64,000 nucleotides of DNA, taken from the NCBI GenBank assembly GCA_963662355.1, contig OY759361.1, positions 1,386,265 to 1,450,264 on the forward strand, read 5' to 3'. The notes beneath the pieces are model-generated. The model searched no databases. It was not told the origin of the DNA and saw only the letters and a program-made list of their open reading frames with translations. The DNA is from Gammaproteobacteria bacterium (GTDB taxonomy: Bacteria > Pseudomonadota > Gammaproteobacteria > UBA4575). The translations under genes were made by a program, and so were the position numbers. How positions within the stretch are numbered: the stretch's first letter is position 1; every line of letters starts with the position of its first letter. Positions 1 to 9,602 of this stretch are shown in pieces.

Positions 1-206
1 TTTTCTCATGGGTCGACGCGCTTAAGGAAGACCTGCTCGATATCTTGGATGAAACACGCTCGGATGTTTTGCGCAAATACCTCATTGGATCTCTTGGCGC
101 GGCTGTCACTGCAAGTCATCTTGATCTTATTGCACCCACTGAGGCGGGTGTGGTCAGTACACCGAGAATTCATATATCGGGGGCGGCCAAACCCTGGAGG
201 ACTTGA
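1..206 (+). CDS. 5'-truncated CDS (reading frame 3, stop TGA 204-206); C-terminal 68 aa ...LKEDLLDILDETRSDVLRKYLIGSLGAAVTASHLDLIAPTEAGVVSTPRIHISGAAKPWRT; function unknown
   Basis: Frame is open from the window edge and has protein-like composition. A GGAGG Shine-Dalgarno at 196-200 lies inside its 3' end and serves the GTG at 207, which implies translational coupling to the next gene. Confidence 0.45.
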   Translation, partial: FSWVDALKEDLLDILDETRSDVLRKYLIGSLGAAVTASHLDLIAPTEAGVVSTPRIHISGAAKPWRT

Positions 207-947
207 GTGAGCAATGATCTTGCTGTGCAGATTGCTGAGTTACAACAGGTTCACAGTGGGTTGGCTGAGGTGTCAGTAGATGGGAGCGATACTGTCCTAA
301 AAGGGTCATTGCGCTTCGAGGCGTCAGCCGATGGGTTTGATCCTATAACTGAATGTTTTGAGATCAAAATTGTCATTTCAGGATTGTATCCTGAAGAGCT
401 ACCACGTGTAACTGAAATCGGCGGCAAAATGGACGTCAATTACAGTCACGTATATGAATGCGGGACGTTATGCTTGGCTGTGCCAATAGAAGAGAGGCGT
501 GTATTTCTGGAGCAGCCGTCACTCTTGGGTTTTGTTGATAAGCTTGTCATTCCATATTTTTTCGGCTATTGCCATTGGAAAATGCATGATGTGTATCCTT
601 TTGGTGAATCAGAACATGGTCCGCAAGGGATTGTTCGCCACTACATGGATGTGCTTGGCCTGACTGATGAACTCAGCGTGTTATCCATTATTGCTTTTCT
701 ATATGAGCATGGTTATCAAGGACACCATCCCTGCCCATGCAGAAGTGGCAAGAGAGTCCGCAAGTGTCATGGTAAGGTGTTGCGTCACCTCCATAAGCAG
801 CACACTCAGGATACACTTAAGGCAGATTACTGTGCTGCCTTGGCTGTCTGCATGCCAACCATCAAATCAAACGGCACCAAGGTACCCAAATCACTTAGGC
901 GGCAGATCAGCAGACTATCCAGTCGCCTAAAAGTCAAATCCAAGTAA
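207..947 (+). CDS. UBC/E2-like protein (candidate ubiquitin-conjugating-type enzyme) with C-terminal SEC-C zinc-binding motif
   Basis: GTG start 6 nt after a GGAGG. The motif SHVYECGTLCLAVP resembles the UBC active-site block HPN-x-G-x-(I/L)-C-L-(D/A)-(I/V). The C-terminal HPCPCRSGKRVRKCHGK matches the SecA C-terminal SEC-C motif CPCGSGKKYKxCHG. Upstream gene stop at 206. Confidence 0.45.
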   Translation: MSNDLAVQIAELQQVHSGLAEVSVDGSDTVLKGSLRFEASADGFDPITECFEIKIVISGLYPEELPRVTEIGGKMDVNYSHVYECGTLCLAVPIEERRVFLEQPSLLGFVDKLVIPYFFGYCHWKMHDVYPFGESEHGPQGIVRHYMDVLGLTDELSVLSIIAFLYEHGYQGHHPCPCRSGKRVRKCHGKVLRHLHKQHTQDTLKADYCAALAVCMPTIKSNGTKVPKSLRRQISRLSSRLKVKSK

Positions 948-1246
948 CGAAAGCGCTCTTCATGCCAAGACTTAATTTGAACTGTGGTTATCTTCGTTAA
1001 GGGAGTGGGTTACAAGATGGCTGGATTTTTTTGAGATATCCAGCAATTCCTAACAGATTTCCAGAGTTATTACTCAGCCTAGGTTTTAGGGACTTGTTAT
1101 TGATAGTCTTCTCCCCAAAAGCTGATCCAGGCATAGTGCGAAAAATCTCGTTAAGATGTCTCTGAGAGGCAAAGGAGTATTTTGCATGAAGAATTTGCAG
1201 TTTCTCGAGGAGTAGATTACCTATATGCTGTTGAAGGAAGTCGACG

Positions 1247-2194
1247 ATGATTGCTGTATTTCTCGGTGCTGGATTTTCATCTGTAGGGGGTGTGCCGCTA
1301 GCTTCACAGTTGTTCGATAGACGTCCTCAGGCCGATATAATTTTGCGTGAAAATCTTATCGCACGCGTTTTGAACGGATGGGATTATTGGTATCATAAAA
1401 CTGGCGGAACACCGGAACAATACCTAACTCACCTTGAAACGTATACTGGCAGACAGTGGTATGACGCTGTGTGGTACGTTGCGCTAACAGTTGTTCTCCA
1501 GACTCCCAGGGTCCGCATCGCGGGTGTGAGACCTGCCGTCAGTCATCACACGCTAAATCTCACCAGCGGGGTAGATGTACACGAAGCGTTCTGGACAATC
1601 CTTTTCAAGGAGACTACTGATGTTGCCGTTCTGACAACTAACTACGATATTTTGGCTGAGCGGGGGCTCCGATTGACTTCTAGGCCACGTCTGCCAAGAC
1701 CTGGCTTCCATTACGGGAACGGACCTGAGGAGTTGAAAGGAAGGGGATATCCGGGTGTTTTCCGCAGTCGACTATCAAGGACCGAGGGCACTGTCCCCCT
1801 TATTAAGCTTCATGGCTCGGTGTCATGGGCTGTTGGAGCTGATGGAATCGATCACTATCATGATTGTCGACCAGCTATTCGTGGTGATGCGGCGATCATC
1901 GCCCCCGCTTCTGAGAAAAGTGTACCTCGTACATTTCGGTTGGTTTGGGATACTGCAGCGCTAGTACTTAGAAAATCTGATATTTGGATAATTGTCGGTT
2001 ATAGCTTCCCTACGTATGATGAAGCGATTAATGCTCTGTTTCGCTCAAACGCATCGCATCAGCCTATAGTACATGTTCTGAATTCCGATCCCTGCGTAGT
2101 CTCCCGGCTACAAATGATGCTTCCCAAGACAAGCATCCACGCTCATGAAGGCCTACCAAATTCTCTATGCGAATTACCAATGATGCTCCGTTAA
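1247..2194 (+). CDS. SIR2-family protein (SIR2_2 / stand-alone sirtuin-like NAD-binding or NADase domain)
   Basis: N-terminal VFLGAGFS (the GAGxS NAD-binding motif), LTTNYDILAE (TTNYD motif), LIKLHGSVSW (catalytic-His motif), and the C-terminal IIVGYSF...D block. RBS GAAGGAAG lies 6 nt upstream of the ATG. Confidence 0.75.
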   Translation: MIAVFLGAGFSSVGGVPLASQLFDRRPQADIILRENLIARVLNGWDYWYHKTGGTPEQYLTHLETYTGRQWYDAVWYVALTVVLQTPRVRIAGVRPAVSHHTLNLTSGVDVHEAFWTILFKETTDVAVLTTNYDILAERGLRLTSRPRLPRPGFHYGNGPEELKGRGYPGVFRSRLSRTEGTVPLIKLHGSVSWAVGADGIDHYHDCRPAIRGDAAIIAPASEKSVPRTFRLVWDTAALVLRKSDIWIIVGYSFPTYDEAINALFRSNASHQPIVHVLNSDPCVVSRLQMMLPKTSIHAHEGLPNSLCELPMMLR

Positions 2195-2423
2195 ACACCA
2201 GCATCACAACGTCTTCGTAGCTAGTAGCGTGAGCACTTGAAGCTGACTAGCACAGGTCTGGTCTAGCCCTAGGAGACCTGTGCCGAAAACTATCGTCCCA
2301 AGTTTCTCTCATAGCCTGGTACATACCCGGGGAGTTTGACACCTTGCTACCAGTTTTGTAAAACCAGCTGGAAGTATGCTGAACCAATTAGTCATTATCT
2401 TTTAACACAAAAATAATCAAACA

Positions 2424-3203
2424 ATGACCTATACCAAAGAGGATTGCGACCGGCTTGCTAAAGAACTAGAAGCTATTCAAGCAAACAGTAATAGGATAAT
2501 GTCGAGCTATGTGCTAAGGGATTTCAAAAATCCTAGAGCGCGAGAGTTTGCAACACACGGGTTTCCCCGTCGGATTAAACTTTTAGCACATTGCATTGAA
2601 TTAATTTTTGAGGACTTGCCTCCTGGTACGGATAAGCCACCGAACAGCGACGAGATTCTAGACGTAACAATCTATCTACAAGCATTTGTATTCAATGTTT
2701 TTGGCTGTACTGATAACTTAGCCCACATCTGGGCTAGAGAACAAGATCTGAAGAAGGAAGATGGAAAACTGCTTGAAAATATGGAGATAGGATTTTTTGG
2801 ACCAAGGTGCGGACTGGTCCTGGATTCTTTGCCAGGTGATTTCTCTGATTATTTGAAGGGACTTGAACCTTGGTTTGAATACCTCGGAAACTTCCGGCAT
2901 GCACTGGCTCATCGCATTCCTCCTTACATTCCGCCATTTTACGTTCCCAAGGACAAACTTCAGGAATACGAGGAAATTGGTAATCGCATCGGCGCGGCAA
3001 TTCAGCAAGAAAATTATGACGAAGTAGTTCGACTGGAGAATGAGCAAACGGGTATGGTTTTATTTTCCCCAATTGTAACGCACTCATTTGGCGAGAATGC
3101 CAAAAAGGTATTTTTCCATTCGCAGATGTTATCTGATTTTAATACTGTCGTAGAGATTGCTCAAAAGTTGCTTAAAGAATTAGGAAATACCAATGATGCA
3201 TGA
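2424..3203 (+). CDS. alpha-helical hypothetical protein with R-x4-H motif (candidate HEPN-like RNase domain)
   Basis: 259-aa ORF containing NFRHALAHR, which fits the HEPN Rx4-6H signature. Its stop lies 11 nt inside the next ORF (ATGATG at 3193). Confidence 0.55.
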   Translation: MTYTKEDCDRLAKELEAIQANSNRIMSSYVLRDFKNPRAREFATHGFPRRIKLLAHCIELIFEDLPPGTDKPPNSDEILDVTIYLQAFVFNVFGCTDNLAHIWAREQDLKKEDGKLLENMEIGFFGPRCGLVLDSLPGDFSDYLKGLEPWFEYLGNFRHALAHRIPPYIPPFYVPKDKLQEYEEIGNRIGAAIQQENYDEVVRLENEQTGMVLFSPIVTHSFGENAKKVFFHSQMLSDFNTVVEIAQKLLKELGNTNDA

Positions 3204-4086
3204 GAGGTATCTGTTTTCCGAATTAAATACAAAGGCCTGTCCTTCATTCAAAAATGTTTGCGAAGCAGCAGATGAGAATTGCAAAAGGGCGAAAGAACAT
3301 TGCGAAGACTTATGGGGTGATTTTGCCCCACATGCTGACAAGAATTTTCTTAATCAGTTTCAGCTTCATTTTCATCAGCGTTGGTTTGAAATGTATTTGA
3401 CCGTATCATTTTTACGGGCTGGTTTTGATGTTATTCTTCATAAGCACGGGCCGGATGTTTTACTGAATCTGTTTGGTCAGCGTGTGTGGATTGAAGCTGT
3501 TTGTGCGACTCCAGGCCAAGAGGGGCACGCAGATTCTGTGCCGCCAATTAATTTCGAGAGTGTCGAACCTGTTCCAATAGAGGGATATGTGAAGCGTATA
3601 TGTAGCTCGCTGCGTGAGAAAGAGCAAAAATTCAAGCAGTACATTGAAGATGGCATTGTCAGCCGTGGAGATCTAGCTGCGATAGCAATCAACATTCGCG
3701 ATGTTCCTTTTCTATATGCACACATGGATGACACCATGAAGAGGTCATTATATGGAGTTGGGGATCCAGTTGTGACTATGGATAAAGAATCCAAAAAACT
3801 AGTAAGTACTGATCACCAAACGATTCAAACTATAAGGAAGTCATCTGGTGCACCCATCGGAGTTCAACCGTTTGTTGATGAAAGTATGCCGCACATCTCG
3901 TCGGTTCTGGTTTCTTCGGCAAATGCTGTTGGCCGGCCACCAAGACTTGGGGATGACTATATCCTGTATCCTAATCTGACCTGTACGAACTGCTGGCCCA
4001 GGTGTTTGATTCCGTTAGGTAAAGAATGGTTATTTAAGGGAAATGAAAATGAATGGGTCGGGGAAAAGACTAATCATATTCTCTAA
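3193..4086 (+). CDS. hypothetical protein, translationally coupled partner of the 2424-3203 gene
   Basis: 297-aa ORF with a double ATG start that overlaps the upstream stop. No motif recognised. Confidence 0.55.
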   Translation: MMHERYLFSELNTKACPSFKNVCEAADENCKRAKEHCEDLWGDFAPHADKNFLNQFQLHFHQRWFEMYLTVSFLRAGFDVILHKHGPDVLLNLFGQRVWIEAVCATPGQEGHADSVPPINFESVEPVPIEGYVKRICSSLREKEQKFKQYIEDGIVSRGDLAAIAINIRDVPFLYAHMDDTMKRSLYGVGDPVVTMDKESKKLVSTDHQTIQTIRKSSGAPIGVQPFVDESMPHISSVLVSSANAVGRPPRLGDDYILYPNLTCTNCWPRCLIPLGKEWLFKGNENEWVGEKTNHIL

Positions 4087-4356
4087 TTATGTCTGCCTTT
4101 GAATCCCAGTAAAAGTGGGGTGGATCAGCAGTGCATGATGCATACTCTTCGGAGCTAGGGTTGGTCGTACCGCATTGGTCTCGCGGTAAGTATGACCAAG
4201 CTGCAAATAGCAACGGGCATCACACATCTGCGGTTCTGCCGGGAAGGTGGGCTGTAATTAGTCGGTGTACCAAGAGGTGTCACCTGCAAGCTAAGGCAAT
4301 TAACTACCAATGAAAACCAAGAGCTCAAAGTTGAAATTGCCCAAGTACTCCAATCA

Positions 4357-4716
4357 TTGGATAGACAGCGCGATAAGCTAGAAAACCAAAGAATCCCCAA
4401 TGCTGTTTTGACGCAACAAGTAAAGTCTGAGCAGAGCAACAGACTCACTCGCAACTTTGGCATTACCATAGGAACAATGCTTGCCAGCAACGGGCTTCTT
4501 CGTAGTCGCACCATCATTGACGAATTTTCCTTGGCATTGATTGTGGGAGGTGCACTACTGCTTTTGGTGTCGTGGTTTAGTCCAATCAAGCGCGGAAAAA
4601 ATAACTCCCACCACTGGGAACAAAGCTTGATAGTCAATAGCGTCACAGAGTTAACTATTACTGGAGTCCTAAATCGTGGAGTGGCAAACCAGAAATGCAT
4701 TACGCTCAAGGTTTAG
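4357..4716 (+). CDS. possible small membrane protein (one predicted TM helix); weak call
   Basis: 119-aa ORF with hydrophobic segment FSLALIVGGALLLLVSWF. It competes with an antisense 184-aa low-complexity ORF. The region from 4.1 to 5.3 kb otherwise lacks convincing genes. Confidence 0.2.
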   Translation: MDRQRDKLENQRIPNAVLTQQVKSEQSNRLTRNFGITIGTMLASNGLLRSRTIIDEFSLALIVGGALLLLVSWFSPIKRGKNNSHHWEQSLIVNSVTELTITGVLNRGVANQKCITLKV

Positions 4717-5547
4717 CAACCTGTGAATATGGGGTAGTTCGACCTGATTCTAGGCCGCTATGATCAAGGGAATAGTGCCATTCCCTATTTCGATAACCTA
4801 TTCTGGTTTGGTGATGGGATTATGAAGCCTGGAGAATGGCTATTCGTTTACACGGGGAGTGGGACAGCGAACAAGATTTCAGCGACAAACGGTGTAAACG
4901 AAAGTTTTCACCTGTTCTGGTGCAAACAGACTACACTTTTTGCAGAATCAATTATAGCTCCTATCCTTTTTCGTGTTGATGCAGTGGACGTGCTTGCGCC
5001 ACCCAGCAATCTACTGCAACACAACCAGCTTCAGAATTAATAGTAGGGTCATTCGATTTCTGTGTTCAACACTAGGCCCGAAGAGTGTCAAGCCCTAAAC
5101 AGCTGGTCAAAGTAGGCCTCGTACCCGAGGTGCTAGCTACTTTTATACAAGGCTACACATTGATTCAATATGGCTTAAATTGACAATTTTATTTTGCTTG
5201 CTCATGGGTTGTCTGCATTTAAAATGCCATTGCAATAGCAGGTAGTGAATGTGGTAGCCATCACAAGGTAGTACTCAAGCAAATGTCCAACAAAGGTCGC
5301 TAAACGGTCTTGAATACAAGTAAAAGGGACTGGAGGAGCACAATTATATTGGATGTCAAAGTGATGCTAAAACACAGTGAGCAGAGTAAGTTACGATTCT
5401 TCAGGAGGAGTTCTACGAACCAGGCAGTCGGGAATCTCAAACTTTTTTTTCGCACAATTTTCAATGCTTTCGTGCTACCTTCTTTCTCCTACGAGTTGGA
5501 GTTCGGTGGGCTTGAATTTCCAATGATCTACAACGCAGGGAGATACA

Positions 5548-6405
5548 ATGACAAAGCATAGCGGGCCTATCTGCATTTCAGTAATAAACATGAAAGGTGG
5601 TGTGGGTAAAACAACTATTGCTGCATTGCTGGGACGATATGCATCTCTGCAGCGAGAACTGGATGTTCTAGCAATAGATTTGGATCCTCAAGCGAATCTT
5701 ACCCAGGCCTTTATGCGTGATCGCTATAAGGAGTTTTTAGACAACAAGCTTCCATCGATTGTGGAGCTCTTCCAAGGCCACTTGCCACCTGGCTCAAGAG
5801 GATCGTCACCATCATCGGTAGATGTGGGCGATGTTCTTGTCCGAAATACTCCACTTGGCGGTCCTAACCTGGAACTTATTCCGTCCAGATTTGATTTTTC
5901 CGACAATCTGATAGGCTCCGTTAGGCCTGATCCGAGAGTTCTCGCAAGATTTATTGTGGATGAGTTTCAGGATAAAGATATCATTTTGATTGATTGTGCT
6001 CCCACCGAATCCATTTTTACGCAAGCGGCCTATCATGCATCCCGATATATATTGGTGCCCGTGAAACCAGAGTATTTTGCCACTATAGGCTTTCCCTTAT
6101 TAAAAGATTCTTTAGATATGTTCCAACGTCGCAATCCTACACACGTAATTGACGTGGCGGGAATTGTCGTAAACAATTCAACCTATCACTACAGTGGAAA
6201 TCAAGGCGGCCCAGAAAGGTCCAGGGCTTTGTCGGAACTTACTGTGGAGGCAAGCCAAAACGATTGGAGAGTATTCAGAAAACAGATTCCCCATTCCAGA
6301 GGATTTCCAAAGATGATGAGGGGGGATTTCCGTCATCTTGGTGACGCCCCGCTGTTTTACCACTTTGCAAAGGAATTTTTTGAAACAATCCTGGGTGATG
6401 TGTAG
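5548..6405 (+). CDS. ParA/Soj/MinD-family P-loop ATPase
   Basis: Deviant Walker A INMKGGVGKTT, then DLDPQANLT, and a conserved Walker B-like IILIDCAP. Confidence 0.85.
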   Translation: MTKHSGPICISVINMKGGVGKTTIAALLGRYASLQRELDVLAIDLDPQANLTQAFMRDRYKEFLDNKLPSIVELFQGHLPPGSRGSSPSSVDVGDVLVRNTPLGGPNLELIPSRFDFSDNLIGSVRPDPRVLARFIVDEFQDKDIILIDCAPTESIFTQAAYHASRYILVPVKPEYFATIGFPLLKDSLDMFQRRNPTHVIDVAGIVVNNSTYHYSGNQGGPERSRALSELTVEASQNDWRVFRKQIPHSRGFPKMMRGDFRHLGDAPLFYHFAKEFFETILGDV

Positions 6406-6419
6406 ATGAAGGAAGTCCT

Positions 6420-7034
6420 ATGACTGAAGAAAAGGGCCTGAGCAATGTGTTGCGTGCCATTGTCCTTGAGCATGGCATCGAAAATGTTGAGCGCACATTG
6501 GGTCAAATTCGAAAATCCACGGCACGCCGTAAAAGTCGTGGTAGCCAACTCGCCCCTTCAAATCAAATCCCCAAGTCTTGTACGGGGCAACCGAAAAAAA
6601 CGAAGATCACAGCACTTGAGTATGTTTCCAAGCTAGATGTAGACCATGAGATAAAGGTGCTACTTAAAGAAGCAGCTAGTGAGTACGAAAGCAAATCGTT
6701 CTTACCAACAGTTGGAGAAATTAAAAACTTCTGTGTAATACAAGGGATAAATGTTCCCGCTTCACATTCTCGGGCAACTGCTATTCCTCGGATTTTCAAA
6801 CATCTGTCACAGTTGTCTCCGCAAGAAATACGTTCGATGCTTCAGTCTAGGGTATTTTCAGGACCGACACGACTCGCACCTATCGCCGATGCAATTAGAC
6901 GTAGCTCTGAACAAAGAGTGAGTGAAGATACTGTCGACCGAAAGGTATGCGAGCCATTACCGAACAAGAAGGAGGTGAAAGAGAAAGAAAAGGAAAAAGA
7001 TATTTTAAAGCCCTCGTCCCCTAAAAACATATGA
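6420..7034 (+). CDS. hypothetical protein downstream of ParA (candidate partner); Lys/Glu-rich C-terminus
   Basis: 204-aa ORF starting 15 nt after the ParA stop, with RBS GAAGGAAG. C-terminal KKEVKEKEKEKD. No ParB motif seen. Confidence 0.5.
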   Translation: MTEEKGLSNVLRAIVLEHGIENVERTLGQIRKSTARRKSRGSQLAPSNQIPKSCTGQPKKTKITALEYVSKLDVDHEIKVLLKEAASEYESKSFLPTVGEIKNFCVIQGINVPASHSRATAIPRIFKHLSQLSPQEIRSMLQSRVFSGPTRLAPIADAIRRSSEQRVSEDTVDRKVCEPLPNKKEVKEKEKEKDILKPSSPKNI

Positions 7035-7274
7035 GGACTAAATGGGTGTAGTAGTGTAAAGATAAATATATTGTGTACCGATACTTCCTTCAGAATCCCC
7101 CATCTCTGTTAGACTTATCTAACATGTTGGATCACAAAAAACCCCGTTATCTGATTGTAGAGACTAGGATCAGCATGCAACTTGCCACACTGAAATAGTT
7201 GTCGGTACTTCTGTCGGTATTTTCTAAAATTGGCCCAATAAAAAAGTCATATGAATTAATACGTTAGGCCTAAT

Positions 7275-7300
7275 GTTCAAATCCGGTTATGTCTCATTTG
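7275..7300 (+). repeat. copy A of a degenerate direct repeat that resembles a tRNA 3' end (GTTCAAATCCGGTTATGTCTCATTTG)
   Basis: Shares about 21 of 23 positions with copy B, plus the following ATTTG. It contains a T-loop-like TTCAAAT and an acceptor-like 3' segment. Confidence 0.45.
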
Positions 7301-7965
7301 TACGTGCCGAAAAGCCAATCCCAGACGGGAACGATCGAGGAGTAGTTTTTGTCCATGTCGTTCCAGTGGTGCCGGTCGTGTCGAATCACCCATGAGTTCA
7401 TGATCCTGAATAGGGGGTGTGGAAACACCAGGCTGGTATGTATGACGATGTTGACCCACGAGTGAATGAACGCGATGGCAAGGAACGACACGATATGCAA
7501 CGGGGCGATCAGGTACATGCTCGCGAACAGGAGTGTGAGTGCTGCAAGGGATTCAACGGGGTTAATGTACAGCCCGTCCAGGGCTTCCGGATAGCGAACT
7601 TTGTGGTGGGTCCCATGGATCCAGCACATCAGTGTTGGATGATGGAGTGAGCGGTGCATAACGTAGTACAGCAGTTCGAACAGCAGCAGGCATGCTGCAA
7701 TCTGGATTGGTATGAGCCACGCGGCTACGGGTTGTATGAGCTGGTCTGAAAATACCCACAGAAATGTCAGGTAGTACCCGAGCGATACCGACCCGCTGAG
7801 TCCGATCAGAAGATACTGCCGCTTCAGTGGCGGATACCTGATCGTGCGGGGTCGAATATGATATCTGCCCAGTCGATCGGAGCGTACGGCAAGAATGGCG
7901 GCAGTCCCAAAGATCGAAATGAAGACAAAGATGGCAGAAATACCCACAATCAGCGTGTAATCCAT
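7294..7965 (-). CDS. fatty acid hydroxylase / sterol desaturase superfamily membrane protein
   Basis: Histidine boxes HRSLHH, HGTHH and HDRHH in a polytopic hydrophobic protein. Confidence 0.8.
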   Translation of the reverse strand: MDYTLIVGISAIFVFISIFGTAAILAVRSDRLGRYHIRPRTIRYPPLKRQYLLIGLSGSVSLGYYLTFLWVFSDQLIQPVAAWLIPIQIAACLLLFELLYYVMHRSLHHPTLMCWIHGTHHKVRYPEALDGLYINPVESLAALTLLFASMYLIAPLHIVSFLAIAFIHSWVNIVIHTSLVFPHPLFRIMNSWVIRHDRHHWNDMDKNYSSIVPVWDWLFGTYK

Positions 7966-8846
7966 TGTCCCCCCATACAGTGGTTCTAGCGTACAAACGT
8001 TGGAGGATCAGGAAAATGCAGCAAGCAATTTTCTCGAGCCTGTAGCCATAGCCATTATACTACATAAAGGCTGGCGATCCTGAATCTACTCATGGGATAC
8101 GTTGCATGTTCACTATATGGTCACCCCAATGATGAACCCTATTCAGCTCTTACCGCAAAGAGAAGGCCGGGTATTTGAGTTGACATTTCAGGCTGGGACG
8201 CAAGTCATGTCGCAGGGACACTTGACCGGTAAAATCTGGGAAAAACACAGGTGTCTGTGAATGAGGGGGAATTGGTACGCTTAATCTTCGATTTGCAACG
8301 AGGGGCACCCCGTTTATGGATCAAACTCGCCCTTAAACATCTATGGGCAAGTTCACATATATTTTTTGAAAATTTGGTATTTCCATTCGAACGGAATCTT
8401 TTTCGCAGAACGTCCGAGTGGACTCGGGAAGCAGGACAAATGTCTGTTAAGCAAAATTAGTAGACATGTGATCAACCGGTGCGGGGAGCTATGAGCAGTT
8501 GTAGCATGATGAGCTGCTAGGGTATGGGGATAGTACGCCTAATGTTCGAATTCCCAAAGGGGGGTACCCCACCATAAAAGGTACTCAGCCCTGTCCATGA
8601 CTAGGCAAGCAGACATACATCTCAAAAAAAATCTGACATTTTCTGTTCAACTAGGCTTTAAAAATTATCCGAAATTTTTCGTTTTGGAACTGGCCTCATA
8701 TTGACACGCAAGGCCTATTACCAAGCTTTTTCGTGCTATGACTGGATCAGTTTACGGTGAGAAGACCACATTTTTAAAGTCTGACATATAATATAGATCA
8801 AGTTTAAGGGGGCAGGGCCGGCTTGTTTATTTTCTAGGAGAAGAAT

Positions 8847-9602
8847 ATGCCAAAATCATTATCACTAAAGCTTACTCCTTACATATTTATTGTAGGTATG
8901 ATCTTTTTATTCTTTGGTGCAAAGATGCCACCTACTATGTCATGGATGGGAATTAATTGGAGTAGCTTTCTTACTGATCTCGGGCTTTACATTGCTGTAG
9001 TAGTAGTTTTGCAATTTTATTACGACAAGCACATGAAACATGAGTTAATTTCGGAAGTTGCTGAATCGGCGCTTTCGAATTCAAATGTGGCTACATCAGG
9101 AATAAGTGATTTTGTCAATAACACAAAAAGAATTAACTATGAAACCATGCTCACTCATAGTGAAGAAATTACCGTTGGATTTTTACACAGTACTAGGTTT
9201 ATTGACGATCATGTATCTGAGCTTCGCAATAGGGTAAAAGAGGGTAAGAAAACATCTATCCTACTAGTGAATCCTGACGGACGCGTAGTCAGTTATCTAA
9301 CCAAGATTGTGCACGACAGTGATCATATTAAACCAGAAATTAAAAAAAACATTAATAAGGTAGGACAAATAAATAATGAGTCAGGTGTAAAAGAGAAAAT
9401 TACAATGAAATACCATGATGCCATTTTAAGGTATTCATTTGTTCATTCTATGGAAGGCACTTGGATTAAGATGTATAGAAATAGTCTTGGAATAGCAACA
9501 ACCCCAGGCATCTACATCAGGAATGGGTCACCGATGTATGATTTCTATAAGAAGGACATTGAAAACCTAAGAGAGGGAGCCCAAGATGTCACGTTTGGAT
9601 GA
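8847..9602 (+). CDS. hypothetical membrane-anchored protein (two N-terminal TM helices), AT-rich gene
   Basis: 251-aa ORF with strong RBS AGGAGAAG. Low GC. Overlaps the next ORF by 17 nt. Confidence 0.6.
   Translation: MPKSLSLKLTPYIFIVGMIFLFFGAKMPPTMSWMGINWSSFLTDLGLYIAVVVVLQFYYDKHMKHELISEVAESALSNSNVATSGISDFVNNTKRINYETMLTHSEEITVGFLHSTRFIDDHVSELRNRVKEGKKTSILLVNPDGRVVSYLTKIVHDSDHIKPEIKKNINKVGQINNESGVKEKITMKYHDAILRYSFVHSMEGTWIKMYRNSLGIATTPGIYIRNGSPMYDFYKKDIENLREGAQDVTFG

Noticed and set aside
1-210. Alternative frame-1 reading of the first 210 nt ending ...GRPNPGGLE*, which superficially recalls a Ubl Gly-Gly C-terminus
   Set aside because: The frame-1 translation (FSHGSTRLRKTCSISW...) has unprotein-like composition. 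Frame 3 gives a plausible acidic or helical C-terminus and is the frame whose stop abuts the SD-GTG of the next gene. The GG is therefore most likely coincidental.
4155-4709. 184-aa minus-strand ORF in the gene-poor 4.1-5.3 kb stretch
   Set aside because: The product is Ser/Leu-rich and low-complexity with no RBS, and it overlaps an equally weak plus-strand ORF. The region is more likely decayed or intergenic DNA.
7275-7300. The three TTCAAGTCCGGTTAT-containing elements as actual tRNA genes
   Set aside because: None has a 5' acceptor arm, D-arm or anticodon arm that can pair with the 3' segment. They are partial 3'-end-like repeats, not genes.
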